Positions 19,749 to 28,853 of a stretch of 64,000 bases of DNA are shown here, in pieces (position 1 is the first letter of the stretch; the number at the start of each line of letters is the position of its first letter). This stretch comes from an uncultured Gammaproteobacteria bacterium (GTDB taxonomy: Bacteria > Patescibacteriota > Patescibacteriia > Magasanikbacterales > UBA922): the NCBI GenBank assembly GCA_965231005.1, contig OZ246405.1, positions 738,709 through 802,708 on the forward strand. The letters are read 5' to 3'. The position numbers and the translations under genes were made by a program. Under the pieces are notes generated by a model, which saw nothing but the letters and a program-made list of their open reading frames with translations, searched no databases and had not been told where the DNA came from.

Positions 19749-21050
19749 ATGTCTACCTTTGTAATTACAGGTGGAAAAAAGCTCCAGGGAAGCATTGAAA
19801 CCATGACTGGAAAGAACGCACCAATTGCTATTTTGTGTGCTTCTCTTTTGATTAAAGGGACTGTGGTGTTAAAAGACATGACCCATGTAGAAGAGGTCGG
19901 GAGAATGCTTGAAATTCTTTCAAGTATTGGAGTTGAATATTCATGGAAAGGAAATACACTTACACTCGATACAAGTAAAAAGCTTGATCTCGATGCTATT
20001 GATAAAAAAGCATGTGAAATCACACGGGCGTCACTGTTACTTTTTGGGTCAGCAGCATCTCGGTCGACATCATTTAAAATTTATAAATCTGGTGGATGTA
20101 AATTAGGAGAAAGAAGTATTCGACCACATACACTTGCCCTAAAAGAACTTGGAATCACTGTTACATCAAAACCTGGATTTTATCACGTAAAAAGAACAAC
20201 ACTGAAGTCTGGCCACATTGTCATGTATGAATCTGGAGATACCGCAACAGAAAATGCAATTATTGCAGCTGTTCTTGCACCAGGAACAACAACAATCAAA
20301 TTTGCATCTTCAAATTATATGGTTCAGGATTTGTGTTATTTTTTGGAAAAAGCAGGCGCAAAGATCGAAGGAATAGGAACAACAACACTTACGATTACAG
20401 GAGTAAAGAAACTACAGAGTGTTTCAGAATTTTATGTAAGTCCAGATCCTGTTGATGCCATGGCATGGATTTCTCTTGCAATTGCAACCAAATCTCCATT
20501 GACTATTAAAAATTGTCCTATTGAATTTCTTGAATTAGAATTGCAAAAGCTTTCAATCATGGGGCAAAAATATATTATTAAGAATAAACGTCGTTCAAAA
20601 AATAAAAAGTTCGATGTCGTTGATATAAAAATTGTTCCTTCTGATCTTGTGGCATTACCTGATAAATTGTATGGACGTCCATATCCAGGATTAAATATTG
20701 ATAATGTTCCTCTTTTTTTGCCTTTTCTAACACAAGCAAAAGGAAAAACACTGGTCCATGATTGGTGTTATGAAAATAGGGCAGTGTATTATTCTGAATT
20801 AAAAAAACTTGGTGCAAATGTTCTTCTTCTTGATCCACATCGTGTTCTTGTTGAAGGACCGACATCACTAAAAGGAAATACACTTATTTGTCCACCAGCA
20901 ATTCGTCCAGGAATGGCAGTGTTTATTTCCATGCTCGCAGCAAAAGGAAAATCAGTATTAAAAGAGTGTTATCCACTTGAAAGAGCGTATGTTGATTTGG
21001 TTGAACGATTGCAAAATGTTGGTGCAGAAGTAGAAAGACATGACGATTAA
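19749..21050 (+). CDS. murA: UDP-N-acetylglucosamine 1-carboxyvinyltransferase
   Basis: An EPT fold with the active-site Cys motif KSGGCKLG (E. coli PGGCTIG) and the N-terminus ITGGKKLQGSI. Confidence 0.85.
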   Translation: MSTFVITGGKKLQGSIETMTGKNAPIAILCASLLIKGTVVLKDMTHVEEVGRMLEILSSIGVEYSWKGNTLTLDTSKKLDLDAIDKKACEITRASLLLFGSAASRSTSFKIYKSGGCKLGERSIRPHTLALKELGITVTSKPGFYHVKRTTLKSGHIVMYESGDTATENAIIAAVLAPGTTTIKFASSNYMVQDLCYFLEKAGAKIEGIGTTTLTITGVKKLQSVSEFYVSPDPVDAMAWISLAIATKSPLTIKNCPIEFLELELQKLSIMGQKYIIKNKRRSKNKKFDVVDIKIVPSDLVALPDKLYGRPYPGLNIDNVPLFLPFLTQAKGKTLVHDWCYENRAVYYSELKKLGANVLLLDPHRVLVEGPTSLKGNTLICPPAIRPGMAVFISMLAAKGKSVLKECYPLERAYVDLVERLQNVGAEVERHDD

Positions 21051-21056
21051 TTATTT

Positions 21057-22280
21057 ATGACAAAAAAAAGTGTTATCAATGTTGTTGTGTTACTCCTCGT
21101 ATTTGCAGGGGGTGTTTTTTTTGGTCAAACATGGTCAGTATATGGTTTTTTAACAAACGATGATGGGGCTGTTGAAATTACAAAGGTCATTGATTTGTAT
21201 TCTAAAACACGATCGCCAGAAGTGACATTTAGTCAATTTTGGGATGTGTGGGACAAAGTAAAAGATCGTCATGTTGAACAGCCTGTAGATGAAGTCAAAT
21301 TATTTTATGGAGCAATTCAAGGTCTTGTAGATGGTTTAGAAGATCCATATTCTATTTATTTGGACCCTGAGCGAGCAAAAGAATTCTCATCAGAATTATC
21401 TGGAAAATTTGAGGGAATAGGTGCAGAAATTGGTATTCGTGAGGGTTTTCCTACAGTTATTGCTCCTTTGCCAGGCTCACCTGCTGAAAAAGCTGGATTG
21501 CGTGCTGGTGATAGAATATTTGCAATTGATGAAGACGAAGCTTATGGTATTAGTGTTGAAGAAGCAGTAATTAAAATTCGTGGGAAAAAAGGCACACCAG
21601 TTGTATTAACAGTTAGTCAAAATGGACTTGCGAGTGCAAAAGATATTACCATTATACGAAATACTATCAAGATTCCAACAATACATTCAGAAATGAAAGA
21701 AGATGCTGTTGGATATATTCGAATTTCCCATTTTAACGATATCACATTGAAGGAGTTTAAAAAGGCTGTCATTGATATATTATCAAAATCTCCTCGTGGA
21801 ATTATTCTTGATTTGCGGAGTAATCCGGGTGGATACTTGCAAACATCCATTGATGTGGCAAGTGAATGGATTCAAGAAGGAACAATAGTAAAAGAACGTT
21901 TTAAAGATGGAAAAGAAAAAATATATCCATCTACAGGAACGCATCGTCTGGTTGGAATGAAGACTATTATTTTGGTTGATGGGGGAACAGCCTCTGGTTC
22001 TGAAATAGTTGCTGGTGCGCTCAAAGACCATGATGCTGCAGTTATTGTAGGAGAAAAAACATTTGGAAAAGGATCTGTTCAGGATTTTGAAATTATGCCA
22101 GATGGGTCTGCATTAAAATTAACTATTGCAAAATGGTTTACGCCAAAAGATCAGGCAATTGAAGGAGAAGGAATTAAACCAGATGTTGTTATTGAAAAGA
22201 TGTTTTCTGATCCAGAAAACGAAGATGATGATCCAATTGATCATGGTTTGGAAAAAGCACTGGAATTACTGAAAAAATAA
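21057..22280 (+). CDS. carboxyl-terminal processing protease (S41 family) with a PDZ domain
   Basis: An N-terminal TM helix, a PDZ domain (GIGAEIGIREGFPTVIAPLPGSPAEKAGLRAGDRI) and the S41 catalytic region (VLVDGGTASGSEIVAGAL...KGSVQ). Confidence 0.85.
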   Translation: MTKKSVINVVVLLLVFAGGVFFGQTWSVYGFLTNDDGAVEITKVIDLYSKTRSPEVTFSQFWDVWDKVKDRHVEQPVDEVKLFYGAIQGLVDGLEDPYSIYLDPERAKEFSSELSGKFEGIGAEIGIREGFPTVIAPLPGSPAEKAGLRAGDRIFAIDEDEAYGISVEEAVIKIRGKKGTPVVLTVSQNGLASAKDITIIRNTIKIPTIHSEMKEDAVGYIRISHFNDITLKEFKKAVIDILSKSPRGIILDLRSNPGGYLQTSIDVASEWIQEGTIVKERFKDGKEKIYPSTGTHRLVGMKTIILVDGGTASGSEIVAGALKDHDAAVIVGEKTFGKGSVQDFEIMPDGSALKLTIAKWFTPKDQAIEGEGIKPDVVIEKMFSDPENEDDDPIDHGLEKALELLKK

Positions 22281-22295
22281 TAGTATACTATACAA

Positions 22296-22506
22296 CAATT
22301 AACAACTAACAAAAAACAATTAACAACATTTAAAGAAAGAATGTCTTTTAATAAGATAGTTATTAGTTACTAGCTAATAGTTAATAGACGATATAAGAAA
22401 GAAATAAACCTAGTTATCTAATAACTAGTAGCTAATAAATAATACTTCTTTCAAAGAGAGTTATTCTGTACTATTTTGTTAATTGTTAGTTGCTAATTGT
22501 TAATTG
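22296..22506. repeat. MITE-like element, copy 1: ~30-bp terminal inverted repeats (CAATTAACAACTAACAA...TTGTTAGTTGCTAATTGTTAATTG) enclosing nested AT-rich palindromes
   Basis: The arms are reverse complements of each other. Internal palindromes include TTATTAGTTACTAGCTAATAG / CTAGTTATCTAATAACTAGTAGCTAATAA. A shorter copy with the same termini is at 60130..60216. Confidence 0.5.
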
Positions 22507-22514
22507 ATATTTAT

Positions 22515-22841
22515 ATGGGCAAATTTAAAAAAGGAGCATTCCTTGGCAGTGTTGTTGGCGCTGGTATTATGTGGATGTTCACAACAAAAAAAGGGCGCAT
22601 GGTGCGAGAGAAGATGCTTGATCATGCAGGAGTTGTTTATGACGATGTAAAATCTAAAGTGCTTGCGTCAGAACAATGGAAAACATTTACAAAACAAAAA
22701 TATCTTAAAACTGTTGAAAAAGCAGTAGATAAGTATATAGCTAAGTATCCTGCAGCAAAAAAAGCAAAGAAGATGATGATAAAGGTTATTGCAGCGCAAT
22801 GGAAAAATGTACAGGCAGAGCTTAAAAAGAAGAAGAAATAA
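22515..22841 (+). CDS. YtxH-like small membrane-associated protein
   Basis: MGKFKKGAFLGSVVGAGIMWMF is the characteristic YtxH N-terminus, followed by a Lys-rich helical tail. The start was trimmed from 22497 to the ATG at 22515, which avoids overlap with the upstream inverted-repeat element. Confidence 0.6.
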   Translation: MGKFKKGAFLGSVVGAGIMWMFTTKKGRMVREKMLDHAGVVYDDVKSKVLASEQWKTFTKQKYLKTVEKAVDKYIAKYPAAKKAKKMMIKVIAAQWKNVQAELKKKKK

Positions 22842-22907
22842 TATATCTAAGACATCTCTTGAAAAAGAGGTGTTTTTTTATTTTCAGCATATTTGGTACA
22901 ATAGTAT

Positions 22908-23000
22908 CGGAAATCAGAAATCGGAAACCAGGGATTGAGCGAGATTATAGATTTATTCTCGAAACGTATCCCTGATTTCTGGTTTCTTGTTTCTGATTTT
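22908..23000. promoter_or_regulatory. long imperfect palindrome built from four inverted heptamer repeats per arm (CGGAAAT/CAGAAAT/CGGAAAC/CAGGGAT ... ATCCCTG/ATTTCTG/GTTTCTT/GTTTCTG) around a 32-nt spacer, ending in a T-run just before the PBP start
   Basis: Read directly from the sequence; no ORF is present. Confidence 0.45.
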
Positions 23001-24789
23001 TACAATGCCTACACGTATATACGGACAATCAAGTCTTGGTCGTCATAGACGACAAAATCAAGATGATAAACGAATCACATTTCTTTCTGGTATGTGTATT
23101 CTTTTTGTTATCGCTGTCTTTTTTAGACTGTTTTTCCTTATGGTAATTCAGCACAGCTTTTATGTTGCACTTGCTGCTGGAACACAAGAAATATATGCAA
23201 AATTGATCCCTGAAAGAGGAGACATCTATATTCAAGATACAAGATCTAGAGAAGAGTATAAATTGGCCATTAATGCAGACTATTTTGTTGTATTTGCTGA
23301 TACTCGTCTTATTACATCAGACGATATGGCAGAAACTGTTGCAGAAAAAATTAGTGAGGTGTTTGAATACAATGATGAAGAAAAATTAGCATTGTATGTA
23401 AAATTGAATAAGCGAGATGATCCATATGAGCCAATTGAGCAAAAGGTTCATCAAAAGGTAGTAGATACTATAAAAGCGCTTGAATTGCCTGGAATTGGCT
23501 TTATACGTCGCTCATATAGATATTATCCAGAAGGCACGCTAGGAGCCCATATTATGGGCTTTCTTGGAAAAGATGATGCAGGAGAGCGTGATATGGGGAG
23601 ATATGGTATAGAGGGGTATTGGAATGCTGAGCTTTCTGGAAGTGGAGGATTCTTAGAAGGAGTGAGAAGTGCTTCTGGGGGATGGATTTCTTTGGCAGGG
23701 AAATCATTTAAACCAGCAAAGGATGGAGTGGATATGTTGCTCAGTATTGATAGAACACTGCAGTTTAAGGCCTGTGAACGGCTTAGGCAGGGTCTTATAG
23801 AATACAAAGCAACAAGTGCCTCGTTGGTTATGATGAACCCAAAAACAGGTGCAATAATTGCCATGTGTTCACTTCCAGATTTTGATCCAAATGAATATAA
23901 CAAAGTAGAGTCAATTGATGTATACAACAATACAGCTGTATTTACCCCATATGAACCAGGTTCAATTTTTAAGCCAGTTATTATGGCTGCTGCCTTAAAT
24001 GAAGATGCTGTTTCTGTAAATAGTGTTTTTTATGACTCAGGTGCGCGCGCTGGTGTTTGTCAAAAACCAATTAGAAATGCAGATGGAAAAGTATACGAAG
24101 ATCAGACAATGTCTGGCATTCTTGAAAATTCAATAAATACTGGAATGGTATATATTGCCGAGAAAACAGGAAAAGCAAGGATGAGAGAATATATTGAACA
24201 ATTTGGCTTTGGTACAAAGGAAGGTCTGGAAATTGATACCGAACGTACAGGGACATTGAAAACCTTGTCGATTAATAGTGATGAACGGCTGGATTGTTAT
24301 GCTGCAACTGCATCATTTGGGCAGGGGATTACTGCAACACCGCTTCAAATGGTAACAGCCTTTTCTGCCATTGCAAATGGGGGAATGCTCGTAAAACCAT
24401 ATATTGTTGAAGAGCTACGGCATGCTGATGGAAAGATTGAACAAACAAAGACGCAGCATCTTCGACGTGTAATAACAACGCGTACAGCTCAACTTGTTCG
24501 AGGTATGCTTGTAAATGTTGTGGATAGTGGACATGCTGGAAGGGCTGGAGTGAAGGGATATTATGTTGCAGGAAAGACAGGGACGGCGCAGATTGCAGGG
24601 AAAGGTGGATATACAGAAGAAACAAACCATTCCTTTGTTGGTTTTGCACCAGTAGACGATCCAAAATTTGTTATGATTGTAAAATACGAAAAACCTCAAC
24701 GTCGTTTTTCAGCAAGTACTGCTGCAAATGTTTTTGGAGATATTGCGAATTTTACCCTCAAATATTACCAAGTTCCACCTTCGCGCTAG
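22987..24789 (+). CDS. class B penicillin-binding protein (peptidoglycan D,D-transpeptidase, FtsI/PBP2-like)
   Basis: An N-terminal TM helix, the SxxK motif (SIFKP) and KTGTA; an SxN motif is expected between them but was not located. Length is 600 aa. An alternative start is the ATG at 23005. Confidence 0.85.
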   Translation: MFLIFTMPTRIYGQSSLGRHRRQNQDDKRITFLSGMCILFVIAVFFRLFFLMVIQHSFYVALAAGTQEIYAKLIPERGDIYIQDTRSREEYKLAINADYFVVFADTRLITSDDMAETVAEKISEVFEYNDEEKLALYVKLNKRDDPYEPIEQKVHQKVVDTIKALELPGIGFIRRSYRYYPEGTLGAHIMGFLGKDDAGERDMGRYGIEGYWNAELSGSGGFLEGVRSASGGWISLAGKSFKPAKDGVDMLLSIDRTLQFKACERLRQGLIEYKATSASLVMMNPKTGAIIAMCSLPDFDPNEYNKVESIDVYNNTAVFTPYEPGSIFKPVIMAAALNEDAVSVNSVFYDSGARAGVCQKPIRNADGKVYEDQTMSGILENSINTGMVYIAEKTGKARMREYIEQFGFGTKEGLEIDTERTGTLKTLSINSDERLDCYAATASFGQGITATPLQMVTAFSAIANGGMLVKPYIVEELRHADGKIEQTKTQHLRRVITTRTAQLVRGMLVNVVDSGHAGRAGVKGYYVAGKTGTAQIAGKGGYTEETNHSFVGFAPVDDPKFVMIVKYEKPQRRFSASTAANVFGDIANFTLKYYQVPPSR

Positions 24790-24843
24790 GCATAATTGAC
24801 ACGGCTATTTATATTGGCTACAATTCTTTCGATCGATTAGCAT

Positions 24844-24915
24844 GGCCCCATCGTCTAGTGGTTAGGACAGATGGTTCTCATCCATCAAACAGGGGTTCGA
24901 TTCCCCTTGGGGCTG
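24844..24915 (+). tRNA. tRNA-Glu (anticodon CUC)
   Basis: A hand-folded cloverleaf: acceptor stem GGCCCCA/TGGGGCT, D-arm GTCT...AGAC context, anticodon stem GATGG/CCATC, loop TTCTCAT, T-arm AGGGG-TTCGATT-CCCCT, discriminator G. The CCA is not encoded. It closely resembles bacterial tRNA-Glu. Confidence 0.8.
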
Positions 24916-24935
24916 CTTAATACTTAAATTTTTTT

Positions 24936-25256
24936 ATGGATTACAATAAAGAACATTTGAAAAAAGAAAGTTTTGTCGATGGAAAACAAGCTGATATGCT
25001 TGCAGCAGTTCGGCAAGGTGATTATGAAGCTTTACGACAGCTCATCTCTTCTTCTGGCGAAGTGCTCACCGGTGTTTTGTCGGGACCAGGAGATGCTGAT
25101 TATGAAGGGTGTGTTGATAGAGAAGATTTTGATATTGTTGCTGCTGGAGAGGAGCCTTTTTCAAGTGTAATGCTTCACTTCCCTGGGGGGAGAAAAGATA
25201 TGATCAGACGAAATAAAAATGGTGAACTGGAGTACGTTGCAAGACTAAAGGGATAA
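24936..25256 (+). CDS. hypothetical protein (106 aa)
   Basis: A clean ORF with start ATG; no recognisable motifs. Confidence 0.4.
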   Translation: MDYNKEHLKKESFVDGKQADMLAAVRQGDYEALRQLISSSGEVLTGVLSGPGDADYEGCVDREDFDIVAAGEEPFSSVMLHFPGGRKDMIRRNKNGELEYVARLKG

Positions 25257-25384
25257 GATCAAAGACACTTTGATGGATACCTTCATCTTGCTTATCTAAT
25301 TTGGATGAGGGTTCTAAACTCATTTCTACATACCTGCAAAAAGATAAAACACTGCTTACACAGTGTTTTTTTCGATATCTATTT

Positions 25385-25603
25385 CTACTCTTCAATACCA
25401 AGTTGTTCATTGAGTTCAGACAACTCTTGTCTTAGTTCCTCTTTTCTTCTCTCATTTTCCTGTGCAGCTTCGTAATCAGCATCATCATATTCTTCAGCAC
25501 CTCCTGGACCTCTGTACTGTCTACTCATACGCTCTTTAAGATTTGCTAAAACTTCTTCTCTTCTGGCAATTAAAGACTGTTTTTTTGCTTCTAGATTTTC
25601 CAT
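25385..25603 (-). CDS. hypothetical small acidic coiled-coil protein (72 aa)
   Basis: An ORF with ATG; highly charged E/R/K-rich helical sequence. Confidence 0.4.
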   Translation of the reverse strand: MENLEAKKQSLIARREEVLANLKERMSRQYRGPGGAEEYDDADYEAAQENERRKEELRQELSELNEQLGIEE

Positions 25604-25714
25604 ATATTATATATTTATTAATAACTATTAGATATATGATAGAGTGATTTACAAATATTTGCAAATGAAGATATTGACAATATGTCTTTCTTCGATTAAA
25701 CTAGTGTCTAGCAT

Positions 25715-25791
25715 GTCAGGGTAGCTCAGTTGGTAAGAGCGCAGGATTCATAACCCTGAGGTCGGGAGTTCGACTCTCCCCCCTGACACCA
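25715..25791 (+). tRNA. tRNA with anticodon CAU (elongator Met or lysidine-Ile2); CCA encoded
   Basis: A hand-folded cloverleaf: acceptor stem GTCAGGG/CCCTGAC, D-arm GCTC...GAGC, anticodon loop TTCATAA, T-arm GGGAG-TTCGACT-CTCCC, discriminator A plus CCA. G1-C72 is paired, so it is not an initiator. The A31-C39 mismatch in the anticodon stem is noted. Confidence 0.8.
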
Positions 25792-25800
25792 AATAAAAAA

Positions 25801-25822
25801 CCGAGCAAGCAGCTCGGTTTTT
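25801..25822. terminator. bidirectional rho-independent terminator between the tRNA (+) and hup (-)
   Basis: The hairpin CCGAGC-aagca-GCTCGG is flanked by an A-run upstream and a T-run downstream. Confidence 0.6.
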
Positions 25823-25835
25823 GGATTGATATGTC

Positions 25836-26204
25836 TTAGAAGTCGGATGGTGCACTTGCTGGTTCACTAGGTGCATCTGTTGCTGGTTGGCTAGGAGCCG
25901 CAGGACTAGCGCTTCCACCTTTTTTTAATGCATCTTTCAATGCTTTTCCTGCTTTGAACTTTGGCACAGTCACAGGAGGGATCTGAATTTTCTCTGATGG
26001 ATTTTGTGGATTAACACCTACACGCCCTGCTCTTGTTTTTGCGCTAAAAGCACCAAATCCAGAAATAGTTACTTGTCCACCATTTACCAATGTATCTGTT
26101 ACTATTTGTGTAAATGCTGCGACAATATCTTCCCCTTCTTTTTTTGATAGGCCAACTTTGTCAGCAATAGCTTGTGCCAAGGCTGCCTTGTTTACTGTGC
26201 TCAT
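25836..26204 (-). CDS. hup: HU family DNA-binding protein with an Ala/Pro/Ser-rich C-terminal extension
   Basis: MSTVNKAALAQAIADKVGLSKKEGEDIVAAF...ISGFGAFSAKTRAGRVGVNPQNP is canonical HU. An extra ~35-aa tail (GGSASPAAPSQPATDAPSEPASAPSDF) follows. Confidence 0.9.
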   Translation of the reverse strand: MSTVNKAALAQAIADKVGLSKKEGEDIVAAFTQIVTDTLVNGGQVTISGFGAFSAKTRAGRVGVNPQNPSEKIQIPPVTVPKFKAGKALKDALKKGGSASPAAPSQPATDAPSEPASAPSDF

Positions 26205-26242
26205 ATGTTTCTATTAAAAACGAAATGTTTAAATATAGTGTT

Positions 26243-26275
26243 ATTTTACATAAATTTAAAAAATGTGTCAATAAA
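26243..26275 (-). promoter_or_regulatory. candidate sigma70-type promoter for hup (TTGACA-17nt-TAAAAT on the minus strand)
   Basis: On the minus strand, TTGACAcattttttaaatttatgTAAAAT lies ~40 nt upstream of the hup ATG. Confidence 0.3.
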
Positions 26276-26334
26276 GCTAAATAATTATCATGCACATATT
26301 TCTTGACAAGTATAATTTTTTTTGCAAACAAAAA

Positions 26335-26352
26335 AGAAGGTCTTTTGACCTT
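26335..26352. terminator. bidirectional hairpin terminator downstream of rny
   Basis: GAAGGTC-tttt-GACCTTC is flanked by A- and T-runs. Confidence 0.5.
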
Positions 26353-26361
26353 CTTTTGTTG

Positions 26362-27933
26362 TTATCTAGCGTATTCAATCGTTCTGGTTTCTCGTATGAC
26401 ATTGACCTTGATCTCTCCAGGATACGAGAGTTCATTTTCAATTCTTCGTGCAACATCTTTTGCAAGATTGTATGCTTGGTAGTCATCAACTTCGTGTGGG
26501 TTAATGAAGATGCGTACTTCTCGTCCAGCTTGGATAGCATACACCTTGTCTACACCAGGGAAGTCTTTTGCAGTATTTTCAAGCTCTGTGAGACGAGCAA
26601 CATATTGCTCATAACTATCACGTCTTGCACCAACACGAGATGCTGAAATTGCATCTGCTGCCATAACCAATTTTGTAATAAGAAGAGGTGGGTTAGTGTC
26701 GTGGTGTGTAAGTGCTACTTGCGCTGTATCTTCATCAAGATTAAATTTCTTCAAAATAGTATATCCAATCTCAGTGTGTGTTCCTTCTGTTTCATGGTCA
26801 ACTGCTTTTCCAATATCATGGAAAAATCCAGCTCTTCGTGCCTTTGCAGGATCCATACCAATTTCTTGTGCCATAATTCCAGCAAGGTATCCAACTTCTA
26901 AACAATGGTTCAAGACGTTTTGCCCATAACTTGTTCTATATTTTAAACGTCCAACAATAGATGCAAGTTTTGGTTCTGTGGCAATAATACCCATTTTGTG
27001 GAGTGCTTCTTCACCAGCCTTTTTAAGATCAACAGCAAGTTCTTTTTTGGCTTCAAGCACGTACTCTTCAATTTTTGCTGGTTGAATTCTTCCATCTTTA
27101 ATCAATTTTTTAAGTGCTATTGAACAGACACGTCGTCTAATAGGTGAGAAACTTGAAATCAAGAGCAGTTCTGGTGTTTCATCGATAATCAACTCACATC
27201 CTGTAAGCTTTTCAAGTGTTTTAATATTTCGTCCTTCTTTACCAATAATACGTCCTTTCATTTCATCACTTGGAAGTGGGACAGCAGTTGATGTTGTTTC
27301 ATGTGCATGGTTTGCAGCAGTACGTTGCATTGCACAGACCATAATGTCTTGTGCTTTTGCTTCTAGTGTTTCGTATCCTTGTCGCTCTAGTTTCAATACA
27401 CGATTCATAAGATCTTCTTGTGAAGATTCTTTGATTTGTTCAAACAATTGCTCTTTTGCTTGCTCAGGAGTAAAGTTAGAGATTTCTTGCAACTTCTTGA
27501 TTGCTTCTTCTTGTTTCTTTTCAATCGCTTCTTTGATAGTTTTTACTTTGTCTACTTTTTCTTGTAGACCTGTTTTTTTGTCTTCAAAATCAAGCAATTG
27601 TTTATCAAACATTGCCTCACGTTTTTGAATTCTATCTTGAAGGATTTTAATCTCCTTGCGACGTTCTGCCTCGTCTTTTTTTGCCTCGTCAATGATTTTG
27701 ATGGCTTTTTCTTTTGCCTTTAAAATCACTTCTTGCTCCTTACTTTTTGCTTGTATAAGTTTCTTTTCTGCAATAGCTTCAACAGTATTTGCACGTGAGG
27801 CAGCAATTTGTCTGCGGAGAATATATCCGAGAACCAATCCAAGACCTCCCGTAGCAAGACTGATGAGTATTGCGATAACGGTTTTTGTAAATATCATACG
27901 AAAAAATTCCGAAGTCTGTCCGGATTGATACAA
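26362..27933 (-). CDS. rny: ribonuclease Y
   Basis: An N-terminal TM helix, a coiled-coil region, a KH domain (IIGKEGRNIKTLEKLTGCELIIDETP) and an HD domain (HDIGKAVDHE...H). An alternative start is the ATG at 27897. Confidence 0.9.
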   Translation of the reverse strand: MYQSGQTSEFFRMIFTKTVIAILISLATGGLGLVLGYILRRQIAASRANTVEAIAEKKLIQAKSKEQEVILKAKEKAIKIIDEAKKDEAERRKEIKILQDRIQKREAMFDKQLLDFEDKKTGLQEKVDKVKTIKEAIEKKQEEAIKKLQEISNFTPEQAKEQLFEQIKESSQEDLMNRVLKLERQGYETLEAKAQDIMVCAMQRTAANHAHETTSTAVPLPSDEMKGRIIGKEGRNIKTLEKLTGCELIIDETPELLLISSFSPIRRRVCSIALKKLIKDGRIQPAKIEEYVLEAKKELAVDLKKAGEEALHKMGIIATEPKLASIVGRLKYRTSYGQNVLNHCLEVGYLAGIMAQEIGMDPAKARRAGFFHDIGKAVDHETEGTHTEIGYTILKKFNLDEDTAQVALTHHDTNPPLLITKLVMAADAISASRVGARRDSYEQYVARLTELENTAKDFPGVDKVYAIQAGREVRIFINPHEVDDYQAYNLAKDVARRIENELSYPGEIKVNVIRETRTIEYAR

Positions 27934-28128
27934 AAAAATTGTGGAAGTTAAATCTTGCGTTTAGATGCGCAATAAGCTCGCATGGTATTGTGCGAGAAAA
28001 TTATAATGTTTCTGAGAGTTTGAGATTGACATTTTTTTGCTAATCTAAGCGAATTTTTCCACAACAGTATCAAATCCGATTCAAGACAATTAATTTATTA
28101 CTATTGTAGGAATACTTTATCACAGAAT

Positions 28129-28809
28129 TTAGCTTTTGTCAATCATGAAAAGACGCCCTTCTATGTTGGCTTTATCAAGCTTTTTTGGCTCGATTGCCTT
28201 ATCCACAGTATATGGGCCTATTGAGGTTCTTCGGAGAGTTTCACAATATGCTCCTGTTTTTAATTTTACTCCAATATCATGACAAAGTGTTCTAATGTAC
28301 GTTCCAGTAGAGACTGCAGCTTCTAGGGTAAGAGAGGGAAACGCGTACTCGATTAGGTTGATATTGCTGATTGTAATATGATGAGGTTTTCTCTCAATCT
28401 CAATTCCTTTTCTTGCAAGTTGATAAAGCTTTTTCCCATCAACTTTTTTTGCAGAGTACATTGGTGGAATTTGGGTTTGTTCTCCTTCAAATGTTTCTAA
28501 CACAGTTTTGATTTGGGTCATTGTTGGCTCTTTGGTAACATCTTGTTTTTCGATTGTCCCAGTTTTGTCATAGCTATCAGAAACAGCCCCAAGAAATAGA
28601 GTGCTGACATAGGTTTTCTCGTATTGATGAAACGAATCAAGTTGCTTTGTTGCTTCTCTTCCAATAGCAACAATAAGAAGTCCAGTTGCAAATGGGTCTA
28701 GTGTTCCAGCATGACCAATTTTTTTTATCTTTGTGACACCACGTAAATATCCAACCACATCGTGGCTGGTCCAATCTACTGGTTTGTCTATGAGAATAAA
28801 ACCGTGCAT
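28129..28809 (-). CDS. truB: tRNA pseudouridine(55) synthase
   Basis: MHGFILIDKPVDWTSHDVV...GHAGTLDPFATGLLIVAIG contains the catalytic Asp motif. Confidence 0.9.
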   Translation of the reverse strand: MHGFILIDKPVDWTSHDVVGYLRGVTKIKKIGHAGTLDPFATGLLIVAIGREATKQLDSFHQYEKTYVSTLFLGAVSDSYDKTGTIEKQDVTKEPTMTQIKTVLETFEGEQTQIPPMYSAKKVDGKKLYQLARKGIEIERKPHHITISNINLIEYAFPSLTLEAAVSTGTYIRTLCHDIGVKLKTGAYCETLRRTSIGPYTVDKAIEPKKLDKANIEGRLFMIDKS

Positions 28810-28853
28810 AATCGTTACTTGCTATTATCTCTATTATGATATACTAGTCTCGT

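Noticed and set aside
22296-23000. CRISPR array or DnaA-box cluster interpretations of the repeats at 22.3-23.0 kb.
   Set aside because: The repeats are inverted palindromes, not direct repeats with unique spacers. There are no cas genes. The heptamers do not match the TTATCCACA DnaA box.
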